Source of the DNA: Octopus bimaculoides
Taxonomy: Eukaryota
DNA length: 64,000 nucleotides
Direction of reading: 5' to 3'
Assembly: GCF_001194135.2 (NCBI RefSeq)
Contig: NC_068981.1
Location: 5,459,047 to 5,523,046 of the forward strand
The position numbers and the translations under genes were made by a program. Below, one piece after another: positions 63,989-64,000 of this stretch (positions within the stretch are counted from its first letter, which is position 1; each line of letters starts with the position of its first letter). Under the pieces are notes generated by a model that did not search any database, had not been told where the DNA came from, and worked only from the letters and a program-made list of their open reading frames with translations.

Positions 63989-64000
63989 CATATATATATA

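Noticed and set aside
1-64000. CRISPR arrays, operons, and the many short ORFs over microsatellites, SINEs and N runs
   Set aside because: Eukaryotic intron-exon DNA with no repeat-spacer periodicity; those ORFs are low-complexity or gap artefacts

Overview
AT-rich, repeat-dense animal genomic DNA from a gapped draft scaffold. The SINE families look like octopus/coleoid families (inferred from recognition, not searched). Two convergent intron-rich genes were assembled by hand from splice sites and codon phases. (1) Plus strand: the 3' ~three quarters of PPP4R1 (protein phosphatase 4 regulatory subunit 1, HEAT repeats), 13 phase-compatible coding exons from 1399 to the stop at 38573, then a SINE-free probable 3' UTR. 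(2) Minus strand: the 3' end of a gene I cannot name, 9 phase-compatible exons from 63548 to the stop at 48168. It is largely invisible in the ORF track and is predicted to end in the CaaX box CVLS. Introns carry several tRNA-headed and RTE-tailed SINE families, TTAA (piggyBac-type) and hAT MITEs, Tc1/mariner and RTE remnants, and microsatellites. Most notable: a repeated element (3 loci) combining a Pol III tRNA-like head, a tail with a minimal type I hammerhead-ribozyme motif of the kind known from Penelope-like elements, and an inverted tail copy upstream of the head at every locus. It is a candidate Penelope-mobilised, ribozyme-bearing SINE. A separate hammerhead-like motif with a GUC site lies on the sense strand of a PPP4R1 intron. 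No CRISPR arrays, rRNA or intact tRNA genes were seen.
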